From: Pelomyxa schiedti
Taxonomy: Eukaryota > Protista > Evosea
Direction: 5' to 3'
Assembly (NCBI GenBank): GCA_020536535.1
Contig: JAHLWZ010000884.1
Coordinates: 1 to 60,816, forward strand
Length of the DNA stretch: 60,816 nucleotides
This document shows, one piece after another, positions 38,033-51,158 of this stretch (its first letter is position 1; every line of letters begins with the position of its first letter). The notes under the pieces are model-generated. The model was not told where the DNA came from. It did no database searches and worked only from the letters and a program-made list of their open reading frames with translations. The translations under genes and the position numbers were made by a program.

Positions 38033-38383
38033 TCTAATTGTCTGGTCTAAAAAAACCATGAATCCTAAATGTAAATAAAATGTACTGCATACCAGTACAG
38101 GGGAAAAAAAAAATTTGTAAACTCAGACGACGATCCGAGAGTACTTGCTGTTTTTTATTTTTTTATTTTTTTGCGTTGGTACTTGTTTGTCTCTGTGAAG
38201 AGTTCTGAGAAAAAAAAATGAATTGGACCACTCCCACTGCCCACTGAACTGGCTAATGGATGTGTCCCACATCATCTTCCCCCATCAGCAACTGAAGGGG
38301 AACCAGTCCCTCCTTGAGATATCTCCGAGACTGCCAAGTTGGTGGTGTGCCCAGAAACAAAACCAGAACAGAAAACACGGAAT

Positions 38384-41090
38384 ATGGAGTCAGGCGCAAG
38401 AGACGACGGCGGCAGCACCCGAACCCCGGCATATGCCGCTCACCACGAGGAGGACAGCGATGTTGGGGCCACCGCGTCGTCCCCTCCACCACCACCACCA
38501 CCAGGCACGGAGGCGGAGACAGGGAGGGCCCCCGGTTGCGGCGAGGGCGAGGGCGACGCCGCGGGCCGGGACGAGGAGGGGGACGGGGCTGCAACTGCGG
38601 CTGCGGCTGTGGCTGCGGCCGAGGCGGAGGAGGATGAGGATGAGGAGCTGCTCACGGGCTACGAGTACATCCCAGCGACGGAGCTGCTGTTCAACAGGGT
38701 CACTGATGAAATAGGCTCGGGGCAGTTTGGGAAAGTCTATAGAGGTCGTAGTTGTTGTTGTTGTTGTTGTGGCTGTGTGAACTAGGTGTACCTTCACTTA
38801 ACTAAGTCCCAACACCAATTAAGTGTTGTGGTTTTGTTTCATTCCCTGGTATTAGTAGGTGTACAATAAAAGTGAAATATATATGTTGATTTTAACATAA
38901 ATTCTTTTTCCTTCCTTGATTGCATTTTGGTGACTTTGATTCCAGCTAACTGCAGAGGGAAACCTGTTGCTGTTAAAGTTATGCAGTGTCCTGAGAACTG
39001 TTTTAATGTAAGCAAGTATTTTCCCTACAAGTTGTTTTGGATAAAACTACCTGTTAAACAGTTACTTCAAGACTACCGAAAAGAGGCTGCCATAATGAAG
39101 AAACTACATGTTCCAAATGTTGTACAATTTCTTGGTGTTTGCACTACCCCGAGTGAATTTATGATTGTTACAGAGCTTCTAAACGCAGATTTATCTCAGG
39201 TTTCTTTGCTCTTCGTTCTCACCTTCCTATGTCATAACTTCTGTGTAGGTTTTACAAGATCCAGAGGTGTTGCATTCTCTCTCCCTTGATACACGTCTTC
39301 AAATTGCAAGGGAAACGGTATTCCAATTCGACAACAGTTTCTTTCTGCTAAGTACGCTCTAGGCATGTGGTATGAGTTGGCTTCACGGTATTAGCCACAT
39401 AATTCACTGTGACCTTAAACCTGCAAGTATGTCACAAAAATCTTTTTCTAATTCTAAGTTCCCTCGCCCTTAGATCTGCTACTGGATGAGTCTTTCCATG
39501 TCAAAGTATGTGACTTTGGTCTTTCCTCTGAGAAAAAGCTTAGAGGGTTGAACTTCGACAACTTTTCGTTGAAGGGAACTTGTATGACATCCCCGTTCTT
39601 TTTTATGTAATACAAACACATGTAGTGGTCTATATGCCCCCAGAGCGACTGTCAGGCGATGCATTCAACGAGAAATCTGATGTGTACTCTTATGGGCTTA
39701 TTTTATATGAACTATTTACGGGCCTTTCTATTTATGAGCATCATAACAACGAAGCTACATTCATTGACGTATGCCCTGTGTACCTATTACAGTAATTCCA
39801 GTAATGCATTGCAGGCAGTTACGACTCACAAAGAACGTCCAAAGTTTCCAGAAAACCATGGGCTACCTGCAAAACTTGTTCAACTTATCGAATCCTGTTG
39901 GGATCCCGTCTTTAAAAACAGACCTCGATTCTCCAAAGTGTTAGCCAGCCTGGAAGCCCTCAACGTGGAAGTAGTTTTAGGTAACACAAAACTCGCCACC
40001 TTCTGGGAAAAAAACTTTTTCAATCCTGTATGCTATCAATTCCTTCTGTGAACGTACTTATGAACAGTATTTCAGTTTGTGGATTCTGTTAATTTTACCT
40101 TGCTCGTTCAAAAGCTTCAGTTAAGCCTGGACAAAGAATTTGTTCTTGCAGAGCTTGAAGGACTAAATAAATTACTACGTATGGCACAGCATCACAAACC
40201 ATTTCCCAACCTCTAAAATAGGAGCTCTATCAAACAGCAGAGATCGTTTAGAACCAGTTGTCACAATGAAGACACTGAAATACTTAAATGAGTGTTTCGG
40301 AGACTTCTTCTATCCCCCAGATGGCTATGCTGTTGCCCATGAGGTAACACTTCTCTAACTTTGTACTTAATCTTACCCATTTTTCCTCAGATGTGCCTTA
40401 TCTCCACAAAACCATGGTTCCACTTCAGTCTGGTACGACCGATGGCCGATTCCAGATTGTCCGGCCGTCCTCCCAACACCTTCTTGGTACACCTTCCTTG
40501 GGTTTTTTTATTTTATTTTATTTTATTTTATTTTTGTTTCCGTGCACACTCACCCACTCAAGGTCCGCCTCGGCACAGAGAATCCCGCAGCGGAACCATT
40601 CACCATAAGTAAAATGTCACAAGGCCGGGTGACTCTTCACCGGCGTGTACAAAGACTTACTGCCACAGCTTCCAGTACCAGCCCTAGTCTGCTGCCATCA
40701 CCACAATCAGAACCTTCAACAGCAACTTCAACAGTTGCAAACCCAATTCCCCAAATGACGTCATCACCAGACAGTTGCCTAAACGTCATCACAACCACAC
40801 GCACAGAATCCCCCCCCGCGTTGTCAGCAACGTCGACAATTACAGCAACGACGACGACGATGACGTCACCCTGCTCCACTGCGTCACCACCATCAACACC
40901 CATAATACCCGGGGCCACAGGGGCACAACCCCGGGACATATTGAGCGTCGCACTGAGTCGCGGCAGGGTAGTGCAGGCATATACACTGACCGATCTGATA
41001 GATGCTCTCGTGAAGATGGGGGCACTGGGTGCGCCGTGTCCTCAAACCGACCCTGCAAGTTGCGGAACCCCTAATGACGACTGGACTTGA
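38384..41090 (+). CDS. TKL protein kinase with C-terminal SH2 domain (Dictyostelium Shk-like); multi-exon
   Basis: IGSGQFGKVY, VAVK, HCDLKPAN, DFG, KSDVYSYG; SH2 KPWFH..FLVR..PFTIS. Confidence 0.9.
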
Positions 41091-41316
41091 TTGGTTGCTT
41101 GAGGATTGTGATCCTGAGTTGTAATGTAATATCCTGTAGATGTCACTAACAACACCCTTTGTTTATGATGGAGTTTTGTTATGAATGAGAAAACTTGCTC
41201 TTTTTCCCTGTGTCCATAGCTTCAAACAAAGAAATAGTGTGAAGCAGCTGCACCCAAAGCCCTTAATTGAAGAAAAGGTCGTTCACTGAATTCCGCGAAA
41301 GAAACCAATCGTAACG

Positions 41317-42715
41317 ATGGTAAGCCAGTTCCCAGTTGCCTGCTGCGTCTACCACGAAACCAATATAATGTACAATTGTTGGGCAGAGTAGGTTTTCAGC
41401 CAACAGGGCGTTTCATATGAACCTGAGCGAGCGAATTGCTCAGGAGGAGAAGCTTTCTGTCATGAACAGGGTCGTTCAGTGCGCACCAACTGTTTATGAG
41501 TTATTTTTATACTGAGTTTGCGTAATGTTTTTAGGGAAGACAGAGCCGCACATAATGCTGCACATTGGGAAGATAGGTCATGTGACAAAATGCTTATGGC
41601 AATTGCAAAGGCGGAGTACAAGAGACTGAAGGAAATTGATGCAGCTGCACTGGCACTCAGAAGATCGAAGTTGCCTTCCTAAATCCTACTTTCCCACTGT
41701 ATTGTGACAGCAAAACGGCTACAGGCTAAAAGCACTGCTAAATGGTGAGGACCAGATATACAAAAAGGAGTTATTTGACCTGCAACAGAAAGGACTTGTA
41801 CATTACCACCCACCATAATATCTCTTACCCCATTTTCAACTGAAGACTGAATAAGTGGCTTTCAGGTGTCTATCCCCCTTCCCACTGTTTCGGAGACTGC
41901 TCTTCCAATACCTGGGGAACGCTCAACTTTCGTGGAACCACGACGCGTTTCGAGGATGCAGCTCGATGCTCAAATTATAGAACGAAGTGGGAGTGGGCAC
42001 AGGACCCGGCAGCCGAGTGACTCAAGAGGGGTTTTGACTTCGAATTCCTCACAAGTATTCAATCTATCTCTTTTTAAATGATATTAATACAAGGTTTTCC
42101 AGCCCTCAAGCAGATCACCTCTACGAGCCCCGTTTGCAACCCACTTGCCAGAAACACCAGAACTTTCTAGCCCCCCGCATTCGTCCCGGGATTCCTCACA
42201 TATTTCCCCTTTGTCAGCTAGTCACTCCCCGTTAGTATCACCAAATCAGTCCCAGTCTTCTTGGAGCCCAAGAGAATACCCAGCAGCAGAAGACCAAGAG
42301 CCCGGTCACCTACTTGACTTTGATGAAACACGGTAACTTTCCCTTCGAAGTCACACTTCTCCGATTGTCACCACTAACACCTCCCTGCAGGCCCCGCTCC
42401 CAAGTTCACAGCCGGTCCCGCGAGCCCAGCACCCAAAATTCACCCGATTACAACGACTCACAAGAGCCCCTCCCGGCTACACACTACTACCAGCAGCCCG
42501 ACAATTCCAGCGATCCCATGGCCTACAACTACCAGCAGCAGCAAGTTCAACACCACCACCACCACCACAACAACAACAACAGCAGCGGCTTCAACAGCCC
42601 AGTGGCCCGCACACCCACTCGCCGCATTCGAGGCCGTGCCGACAATTACCAATACCCCTCACCTCCCCCTAACCTCACCCCTCGCCAACACAATCTCGCT
42701 CATCACGCCTGGTGA
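41317..42715 (+). CDS. protein with CFAP53/trichoplein-like N-terminal helix and a disordered Ser/Pro/Gln tail; multi-exon
   Basis: The first coding exon is ATG alone (ATG|GTAAG). The spliced N-terminus contains AHWEDRSCDK..LRRSKLKALLNGEDQIYKKEL. Confidence 0.55.
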
Positions 42716-42887
42716 CACCCCAGCGAACCCCCCTCCCGTTGTGCTCTCTTGTCTGGCCTGTGAGTGTGCCGTGCCCACTGCCAGTCAGTCAGTTCCACCC
42801 GTTTCTCGGTTTTTTCGAGGAACGATCTCCAGCCTCTCGAGGAAACGAAAAAGAGAAACCAACCAAGCACATAAAGTAAGTAGAGCG

Positions 42888-44967
42888 ATGTCGTACTTTG
42901 ACCCCAGTTGCCAGGCGAGTGTGTTTTGCTACCGGCTGGACGCGGAGGGCCGGTGCGTCGGGTCGCCGCTCGTGGACGCCATCAAGGACGCCAGGCGGCG
43001 CGACGGCGACGCGGCCCGCGACGCCCTGCGGTCCCTTAACCGAAACCTCAGGGTCCTGGGCCCGGGCGCCCACACGGCGCCGTGCCAAAAGTGGAAGCCA
43101 ATCAGGCCTCCTCCCGCCGAGTCTCCTGCCGTGGTGACGTCAGCGCCGACTAGCAACTGCACTGCGGTGACGAGAACGGTTGAAACGACACTGGATAGCG
43201 AGACGATGAACACCGATTCAAACTTGGTTGCAACTGCAGTTTCTGGTTCTTCTACTTCTGTTCCTACTCCTACTCCTGCTCCTGCTCCTGTTCATACTAT
43301 TTCTTCATCAGCTTGTTCTGCTTCTGTCACTGGCAGCGTGACTGGGGAGTTGGTTGGTGTGGATGTAGATAGGGATAGGAGGGAAGTGTTGGCATTCATA
43401 TTTGGTGAGAAGATGTGGAGTTCTTTGGCTGAGAGTAGGGCTATAGCTGTATTACTTGGGCAGGCCATTGGTGATGCGCTGGGCGCTCGTCTTGAGGTTG
43501 CCACTGTTTATAATAATTATTCTTTTAAGGATGAAATTGGTTTCATATCATTTGGGTTTTTGGCAGTGATTAACAGTTCTGCAGTTCAAGCCAGTACGGT
43601 ATGGAATAGAGACTCTTCACGGTACTCTCTGATGGGACACGCCTCCAACTTAACTTCTTGCATTCACAGATATGGGAGAGGAAGCCTGCATGAATTTCGG
43701 ATTGAAACCTGGTCAATGGACTGATGACAATTCAATGGGTTAGGTTGATTAATCTTGTTTACAAACGTAACGACTTCTACTTTTTTCTACAGGTTTATGC
43801 CTGGCAGGTATCCCACCCATCACTACACTTTTCCTGTCATGCTTAAAGTGATGTTGTAGACTCCCTTCTTTTCACAAAAGGAGTTTTTGACCCTCACGAT
43901 TTGATGCTTCGGTTCCAGGCTTGGTGGAATGGAGGCTATAACAATGCCTTTGCTGCCGATGAGGAAAGAGAGGACCATGTAGGAGCATCCTAATTTGCTT
44001 TCATCTCTCAAAGTGACATAGGGTTCTGTTGGACTGGGAGGAAATGTATGGTTTTCACTTGCAACCAAATCAGCTGATCATACCAGATTTCGATGTCAAT
44101 GTCCTCATACATCAGGGAAGGGCATGCATACACCAAGGCAGGGGATTCCAAGACCTCAGGGAATGGTTCTGTGATGCGAAATGCTGCTCCTGTTGTCTGC
44201 CATCATGACAACATTGAAGAAGCTATGGAGGTTTAGTACCTCATTCACAAGCTTTAATTGCCACTCACAGTTCCCAGATTGCCAGACTCCAAAGCCTGGT
44301 CACTCACCAGGGAGAAGAAGCATCTGAGTGTTGCCGGCTCATGGCTCACATCGAAGTTCAAGGTTGACTTCCTTGTTGTTACTTCGTATTTTTATAACCC
44401 AGTTTGTATAAAGCTATCAACGGGGGAAGCAAACGTCAAGTTTTAACAAATCTGCCCAGCACTTTCCATTCGCCATGCAAATCGGTAATGGCCCTTGCTT
44501 GCAGCCAGATGGAAGAAGAGGACCCAGATAGAGACTGGCGCTGGATGGCAGACAAGTACTACTACAGCCCAAAAAGGGCAACACAACAGCCCGGCTATGT
44601 AGGGTCGTATGCTATGGATGCATTGGCCATGGCCCTTCACTGCCTATGGGTGTATGGATTCCCCGGCTTTCTTACATCATCTAATTCGCATTCAACTTTC
44701 CTCAAAGTACAAATTCCTTCTCGCAAGCCCTGTTGATGTCGGCAAACCAATGTGGGGATGCTGATTCAGTGACATCAGTTACTGGACAACTTGCTGGTTC
44801 CTTGTATGAATATCTCCATTCCCCTGAATGCCAAGCTTATTCACTTTCCTAGTTATGGAGCGTCAAGTATCCCCCGCTCCTGGATGAACAAGCTTCTTCT
44901 GTGGGATTTCAATGGAGATACAGCCCTTCGTGCATACTACCTCTTTCATCACGTTTGGGTTCTGTAA
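42888..44967 (+). CDS. ADP-ribosylglycohydrolase (DraG/ARH family) with N-terminal extension; multi-exon
   Basis: GQAIGDALGA, GQWTDD, SGNGSVMR, GDADSVTSVTGQLAG..YG..IP..W. Confidence 0.92.
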
Positions 44968-45345
44968 TATCAGCTGATAGTTTGTTTGAGCGTTGCGGTG
45001 TTTGACCTACAAGTCCACCTTAAATACACTATGCAATATCCTTTGTGCCACTTTTCACTTCCAAAAACAGCAAAAATGTGCACAGATTGGGAGACCACAA
45101 AGCACACGCGTGTGTCTTGGGTACTAAAATCTGAAAGCGAATATTGGATGATAACCACGAGGAATCCAACAACCTCAGTGTGGACCCTTCAATTTCACCC
45201 TAAACCTCTGTGCGAAATCGGAAAAAAGAAGGAAGGCAGTCCTGGACCCGTGTAGGATTATGGGAGGTGCCACGAACGAAAATGGATACAATCTTTTTTT
45301 TTTTTGTGCTACTTAGGTTTTGTTATAACAATGTGGTAGTAGTGA

Positions 45346-46960
45346 TTAGCCAATAACCCTTGTGCCAGAGACGTAGACTTCCTTAATGTTCCTGTCATCA
45401 CCGGAAAAGAAGAACTTCTGGAACATATCAGACAGGGTTTCAAAGCCGAATAGATCAATGGGGCCATTGGCAGCTGCGGCGTCAACGAGAAGAGCGTCAA
45501 ATGCCTTGCCAACCACAAAGTTGCCTACGAGATTATCCATATTAAGAGCAGCGGCACCACCAAGCGTAGCAAGGTAGAAAGCCTCTATGTAGGTAAGAGC
45601 AGTATCCGGTGGATTTGGTGATGTGTGGGAGGACGCTTCGGAGCACTGCGTTTGGGTAAAGTGCACAGCCTGAGAGGCTGTTATGGCATCACGCATTGCA
45701 CCCAGCATGGATGCATGGTATCCACCACTTACGTCCGTACCAAGTCCAACTTTAATTCCGCGACTAAGTAGACGTTTTACAGGACAACAACCCGAGCCAA
45801 GGTTAAAGTTGGATGTGGGACAGTGTATAACAGAGGAGTCTGTTGTTTGGTTAATGTTTCGCATCTAGAGCTTCACTAGTACGTTTTTGTGCTATCAGTG
45901 TCAGTTCTTCATCAGATAGATATATCCCATGAGCAAGAATGGTTTTGGGAGTCAGTAATCCATGGTTGTCATAAATATGTGCGTAGGCCACTTCATTGTA
46001 AAGGGAGACTGTATACTTGATCTCGTTCCTGTTTTCTGAAATATGAGTCTGAATGGGGGCATCGTTCTCCCGGGCAATTTCAGCAAGACCCTATTATCAG
46101 TGAGAAAAGCAAAAAGATTGTAATACAACATACTGTCATCAAATCTGAAGTACAACTTATCACAAATCGTGGAGTGATGATTGGTGATACAAGAGAAGAA
46201 GCTGTTGTCTTAAAATGTTCCAGAAATTTGCGAGTGTTTTGTAAAGATGAGGCTGTTTCCTCGATATCTATACAAGATTAAGTGTAATTAAAAAAAAGAC
46301 GTTCAAGTACAATGATCTGGTGACTCGCCCTTCCTGTCCATATTAACCTTTCCAACGAAGCCGCGTTGACCTAGAGAGTTCATAATTTCAACAAGAAGAT
46401 TGCTGGCTTCAAGGTGGATCGTTGCAAAGTAAGATGCCGTGGTGGTACCGTTCTTGAGTGTGCGTTGCACTATCCTTGTGTAGACCTATTCAGGAAGTAA
46501 GTTTCAAGGTAACAAAAGGGGCAACGGAAAACCCACAGCCTTGGCAAAGGCCATATCAGAGAATTTTGATTCGTAATTGAACGTGTAAGTGTTAAGCCAC
46601 TCCAATAGGGCCAAATTGGATCCAAGACCCACAAACGAGTATCTGTTTGTCGCCATTGATCAGAAATGAAAGGACATAACAACACCCACATCTCACATAG
46701 AAAAACCAACAAAGTACAAACTGAGGTGCATGGATGTGTCCGTCAATGAATCCCGGAACGAAAAATTGGGTCGGAGACAACTGACGCAGAGTTACCCCCG
46801 TAGGAGGCACATAGGTCGATGCGTCAGGAACAACAAACGCGATCTTGCCGTTTGCGCCGATACCGATCGCCGCATCTGGCATTATTTGCAACTGCCCATC
46901 TGCGCCGCAGTGTACCAACCCACCCCGGAACCCCGTAACAGCGACACCACCACTGGCCAT
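45346..46960 (-). CDS. guaD: guanine deaminase (amidohydrolase); multi-exon
   Basis: PGFIDGHIHAPQY, LLEWLNTYTF, NGTTTASYFAT, ITPRFV, IQTHISEN, HCPTSN, GLGTDVSGG, GDDRNIKEVYVSG. Confidence 0.93.
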
Positions 46961-47124
46961 CCTTTTCCTTTCTACTATGTTTGGTTTTTTTTCTGTTCTT
47001 TTTTTTTTCCTTCTCGGATCTCGACGTTTCAAGATAAAAAGAAAGGTGTTGGTCCTCGAAAAGCGTCGAAAAGAAAAAGGGTAAAATAAAGAGTCTGTTT
47101 ATTTTTAGGGTGTTGGGTGTCACG

Positions 47125-48259
47125 TCATAGACCAAGGGATTGTTTGACTGAGGAGAGGACAGCCTCTTCAGTCACAATTGGTAGGTTACCAGGTACGTGA
47201 TATAGTGGTATCCTGCATTCATTGACAAGGTACTGAAGAGCGGGAACTGTTTTGGTGGAGTACTCTTCCAGACGAGAATCGATCTTCTCAAGAGAGTCAT
47301 CAGAGCGCTGAATCACATCAACACCACATTGTGGGCACACCTGCAGAAGTAGAATGTTGCTTTTGGTTTACTTGGTTTGTGTAAATTAGAAGTACCTTTC
47401 CATCTTTTGGGGGCTTGTAAACAATATGAAAAACCTTTCCACAGGATGGACATATTCTCCTACCAACAGTTCGGGCTCGTACAATTTCATCCGAATTTTC
47501 AACCAATATTATTGCGTCAATCCTTGTACCAAGTGCATTACGTAAATCCATCAGGTGCTTGGCCTGGCTTAGGGGTAAGAAAGAAAGGAAGTACGGTTGA
47601 TGTTGAAGGTACTTGATCAAGGGTGCGTGGATAGCCGTCAAGTATAAGACCTCGCCCAGATTCCTTTTTGAACAACGAATCAAACAGCATATTCGTTATT
47701 GTATCTGGAACATAACGCCCACAGTCAACAAAGAACTTTGCTTTCATGCCTAGAACAATATCATCAACTTCCTCCTCACTCTGTGTGCAATTAGGTCAGG
47801 TAAACCCCATTCCTCTGCATCGAAAAAAAAACACCAACCGAAAGTGGCAGCAAGACCCTCTTGATTTCTTCATCTGGCACAAATTGGTTTGCCAAAGGAT
47901 CATAGAAGTCAGATGTGAGACCAGCATACTCCACCCTTGAAACCTAACGTGGCACATTGAGCTGCATTCACATTGAACAATTTCCGCAAATCAAAACTCA
48001 GAAGGGAGACCTTATTCAAGTAGAACCTGAACATGTTCCCCGTCGACACCTGCTTCAGCCCAAACAACCCCGCCAAGGCCTCGATCCTCGGCTGCTTCCC
48101 TGACCCGCTCTTCCCCATCACCACCAAGTTGGTCGCGCCGCCGGTCCCCGTGAGGCCCCTGGCGGCTCCAGCCTCCGCCTCGCCGCAGCCGATGACGTCA
48201 TCTCGCCCACTTGCAACTGTACTGTTGGACACAGCCGCCTCCTCTGCTGCCCCTTGCAT
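47125..48259 (-). CDS. adk: adenylate kinase with Cys4 zinc lid and an insertion in the NMP-binding domain; multi-exon
   Basis: P-loop GKSGSGK, STGNMFR, YVPD, ILDGYPRTLDQ, GRRICPSCG..CPQCG, QRSDD. Confidence 0.9.
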
Positions 48260-48388
48260 CACAGTTCACCTTTTCGTTCATAGGCTCCCGGTCGTCGTCT
48301 ACGGTGCCCAAGTCGTAATCATTCGTTGTGGAGTGTGGGCGAGTGGCGGAAGGTAAAAAAATTTTTTTTTTGTTTTCTTTTTGTCGTT

Positions 48389-50910
48389 TCAGAGCCCCTG
48401 GGTCTCTGGTGTTGGTGTGGGAGTGGTGGGGGTGGCTGTTGGTGTCGTTGTAGTCACAACTGTGGTGCTGGAGGTGGGTGATGACGGAGACGTGATGCAA
48501 GATGCCACAACCGACGCCATGCTGACGCTGGAATTCCGCAGCTTCAGGCCGCCGGCCCCCGGCGCAGTAAGAGCGGTGCGGAGCACCCTCCATCCCCTCG
48601 AGACCCCCTCCCCGCCAGGCCGCAAGCTCTGCAGCTGCTGCCACCCGCTGGCCCTGAGGTCCGCGGGAGCAGTAGCGGCGGCCGCGGCCGAGTCCGGGCC
48701 CGGCTGGGCCGCAGGGGTCTCGGCCACGTACGTCAGCCGGCCCTCCGCGGGGGCGGGGAAGGGCCGCTTGGTCCGCAGCACCTCTATCATGATGTCCGCG
48801 GTGGGCGCGTGGACCGCGAGGGGGGTCCCGGTGAACGTGTCCTCGTCGGTCAGGCCGAACAGCGTCGCGCGGTTCAAGCACACCCAGTCGGTCATTGCAA
48901 TGGTATACAGCTGGTCTGGAACAAGTGGCTTCCCGTTCAGTGTCAGGGAGTACAGTTTGTTGGTAGATAGGTCGAATATGGCTCGAATTCCCTTGCTGAC
49001 CTGGAGGGGGTTGGTTATGTTATTGTTGAGAAGTTCTGGGTTTGGTGTAGTTGTTGTGGACTTACTGCGAATGTGTTGTGCCGGATATCGGAATGTTTGC
49101 TCATAAAGTGCTGAAACATCTTGAACAGTGTAGCTCCTGAAGCTTGCACTTCAACAATAGCGTTGGTAAATCTAAAGTAAACAGAATGAGTGCTGCCAAA
49201 AAAGAAAGTGTTTTCACATACGGTGAGGCCTCATGAATTGAACCTACGGTGAGTGTAGTACGTAGCTTTTGCACTCGTAAGGATCCCGCAATAAGTAAAA
49301 CCATATCCGAGCCCAATCTGGAAGTTTGAGTGGAAATTGAAACTCCTTGCAACTCACCGATTAAGAAGGGTATCTGGGGTGGCATTAAAAGTGTTGGTAA
49401 TGAAACACAAGGATCTGTACCTGTGAAAAAGTTTCCCATGGTTGTTTCCAATATCGGGAGAGGATTTGTAGGGGATATCTCCTGGGGCATGTGGAACAAT
49501 TCCTCTTTGAGGGTGGAAAGAACCTACTTTCAGTTGGACGTTGGAGAGACCTTATTTTGGAAGTTACCGTGCCATGCTTAGCAGCAATAGTTGACTCCAA
49601 ACCTAGTAATACTTATCAAATTATCGAAGTTCATAAAACTACCTTGAAGTAAGGTATCCAAGTCCGGATCTCTGGGACATTGGTTACTTATGGATTCCAG
49701 TTTCCATACAAAGTCCAAAGTCTGGGCTTGCAGATTCAGAGTCATATCGAATCTCCCAATATTCCCTTCAACACTGGAATGTTACTAGGAGCCACTCAAC
49801 TGCAAATCCTACCTGTGCCCGTGCCCGCTTGCACAATGGGTATAGAGTTGACTACTTCAGCGTGCCTCATCAACGTGTGGGAGTGCCCCCCAATGATAAA
49901 ATTTACACCCAGACTAGGGGGAATCTTGGACGCAAGAATTCTGTCCTCGGCCAATCCCAAGTGTGACAAGATAATTGTTAATGGGACTCGCCTACCAAAG
50001 CTCTGCACAACTTTTATAACCTTTAAATGTATAAGTGAGTTTTGTGCCTACAGTTTTTTTTTGTCATTGAACCTCTGTTGCAGCATCTCGTATTTCAATT
50101 CGTTCGTAAATATCTTTATCCAGTTTCAAAGTTTGCTCCAATTCATTGGTCACAACTCCAACAAACAAAATCTGTGAGTAAATTGGTGAGTTCTTTCGTG
50201 CTATACATAAAGCTCACCTCAACACCATAAATGTTTGCAATATAGTGTGGTTTTAGTAGCCTTCTTTCTGTTCCCTTGATATAGATATTCGCACATATGA
50301 TTGGGAAGTTGGCCAACTTCTCAAGCCACAATAGATTTGGCAACCCATAGTCAATTTCGTGGTTTCCAACACAGCATACAACTGGGTCAAGGAAGTTGAT
50401 GAGCTCCATGGTGCTGACACCATGGAATTCTTTATCTATTGGACTGCCCTGCAGCATATCCCCAGCTAGTACAAACAGCACTGGGTGAGGTGATTCCTGT
50501 CTTGCCTGCACAAATGTGATTAATGCAGAATGTTTGTATTTTTAAACTTGCTTGTTTCAGTCTGCCAGATAGGTAAGAAATTCCACCCACGGTAGCTGCT
50601 GGGTTCCCCGCTATTGGCCATTCAGTTTCCCAACAAAACGGCAACAAAATATAAAAAAGGGTAACCAAACGAAGTTTGCTATGACTTAAACAGAAGCTAG
50701 ATAGAGTGATATAGATAGAATATGCATGCAGCCACCAAAGCAAAGAGAGGCAGGCATACGCTCAGGTCTTGGAAGAAAATCGCCGTGAATGTCGTTTGAG
50801 TGGAACAAAGTGAGTTGCAAAGTGTCAGGCATCGTGCCAGAACTTGACATGGAACTAATTCCCGTGAACGACGACACCCGCCGCACCCCCTCTTGGTTGA
50901 GGAAAAACAT
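48389..50910 (-). CDS. 5'-nucleotidase / calcineurin-like metallophosphoesterase, no signal peptide; multi-exon
   Basis: HSNDIHG, AGDMLQGS, GNHEID, LSHLG, GGHSH; C-terminal domain ETTMGNFFTD..GSLR. Confidence 0.9.
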
Positions 50911-51158
50911 TGTCAATGGTTTTTTTCTCCTTTTTTTTCCAGAATAAATCGACGTTCCGCTAAGACCTGGTTGTGTTTGTAGGAAAAAGAACAAACAAAG
51001 CAAAGTGGCCCCAAACATTTCGTTTTGTAAGTGTCCCCTCTTTTTCAAAGGGTGTTGTTGTGTGAATTGGTGGGGCTATGTGGTGATAGGTTTTTGGTTT
51101 TTGCATAGGTGCATGAAGAGGTACCAATTCTACAAGAAGTGAAGCACGCAAGGTCAGG

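Noticed and set aside
42636-42887. ORF extension that would fuse the CFAP53-like gene to the ADP-ribosylglycohydrolase
   Set aside because: The upstream gene stops at 42715 in another frame, and an A-rich leader precedes ATG 42888; no evidence for a join.
44986-45255. 89-aa ORF between the convergent ARH and guanine deaminase genes
   Set aside because: No motif, no convincing start context or exon structure; probably UTR or intergenic.
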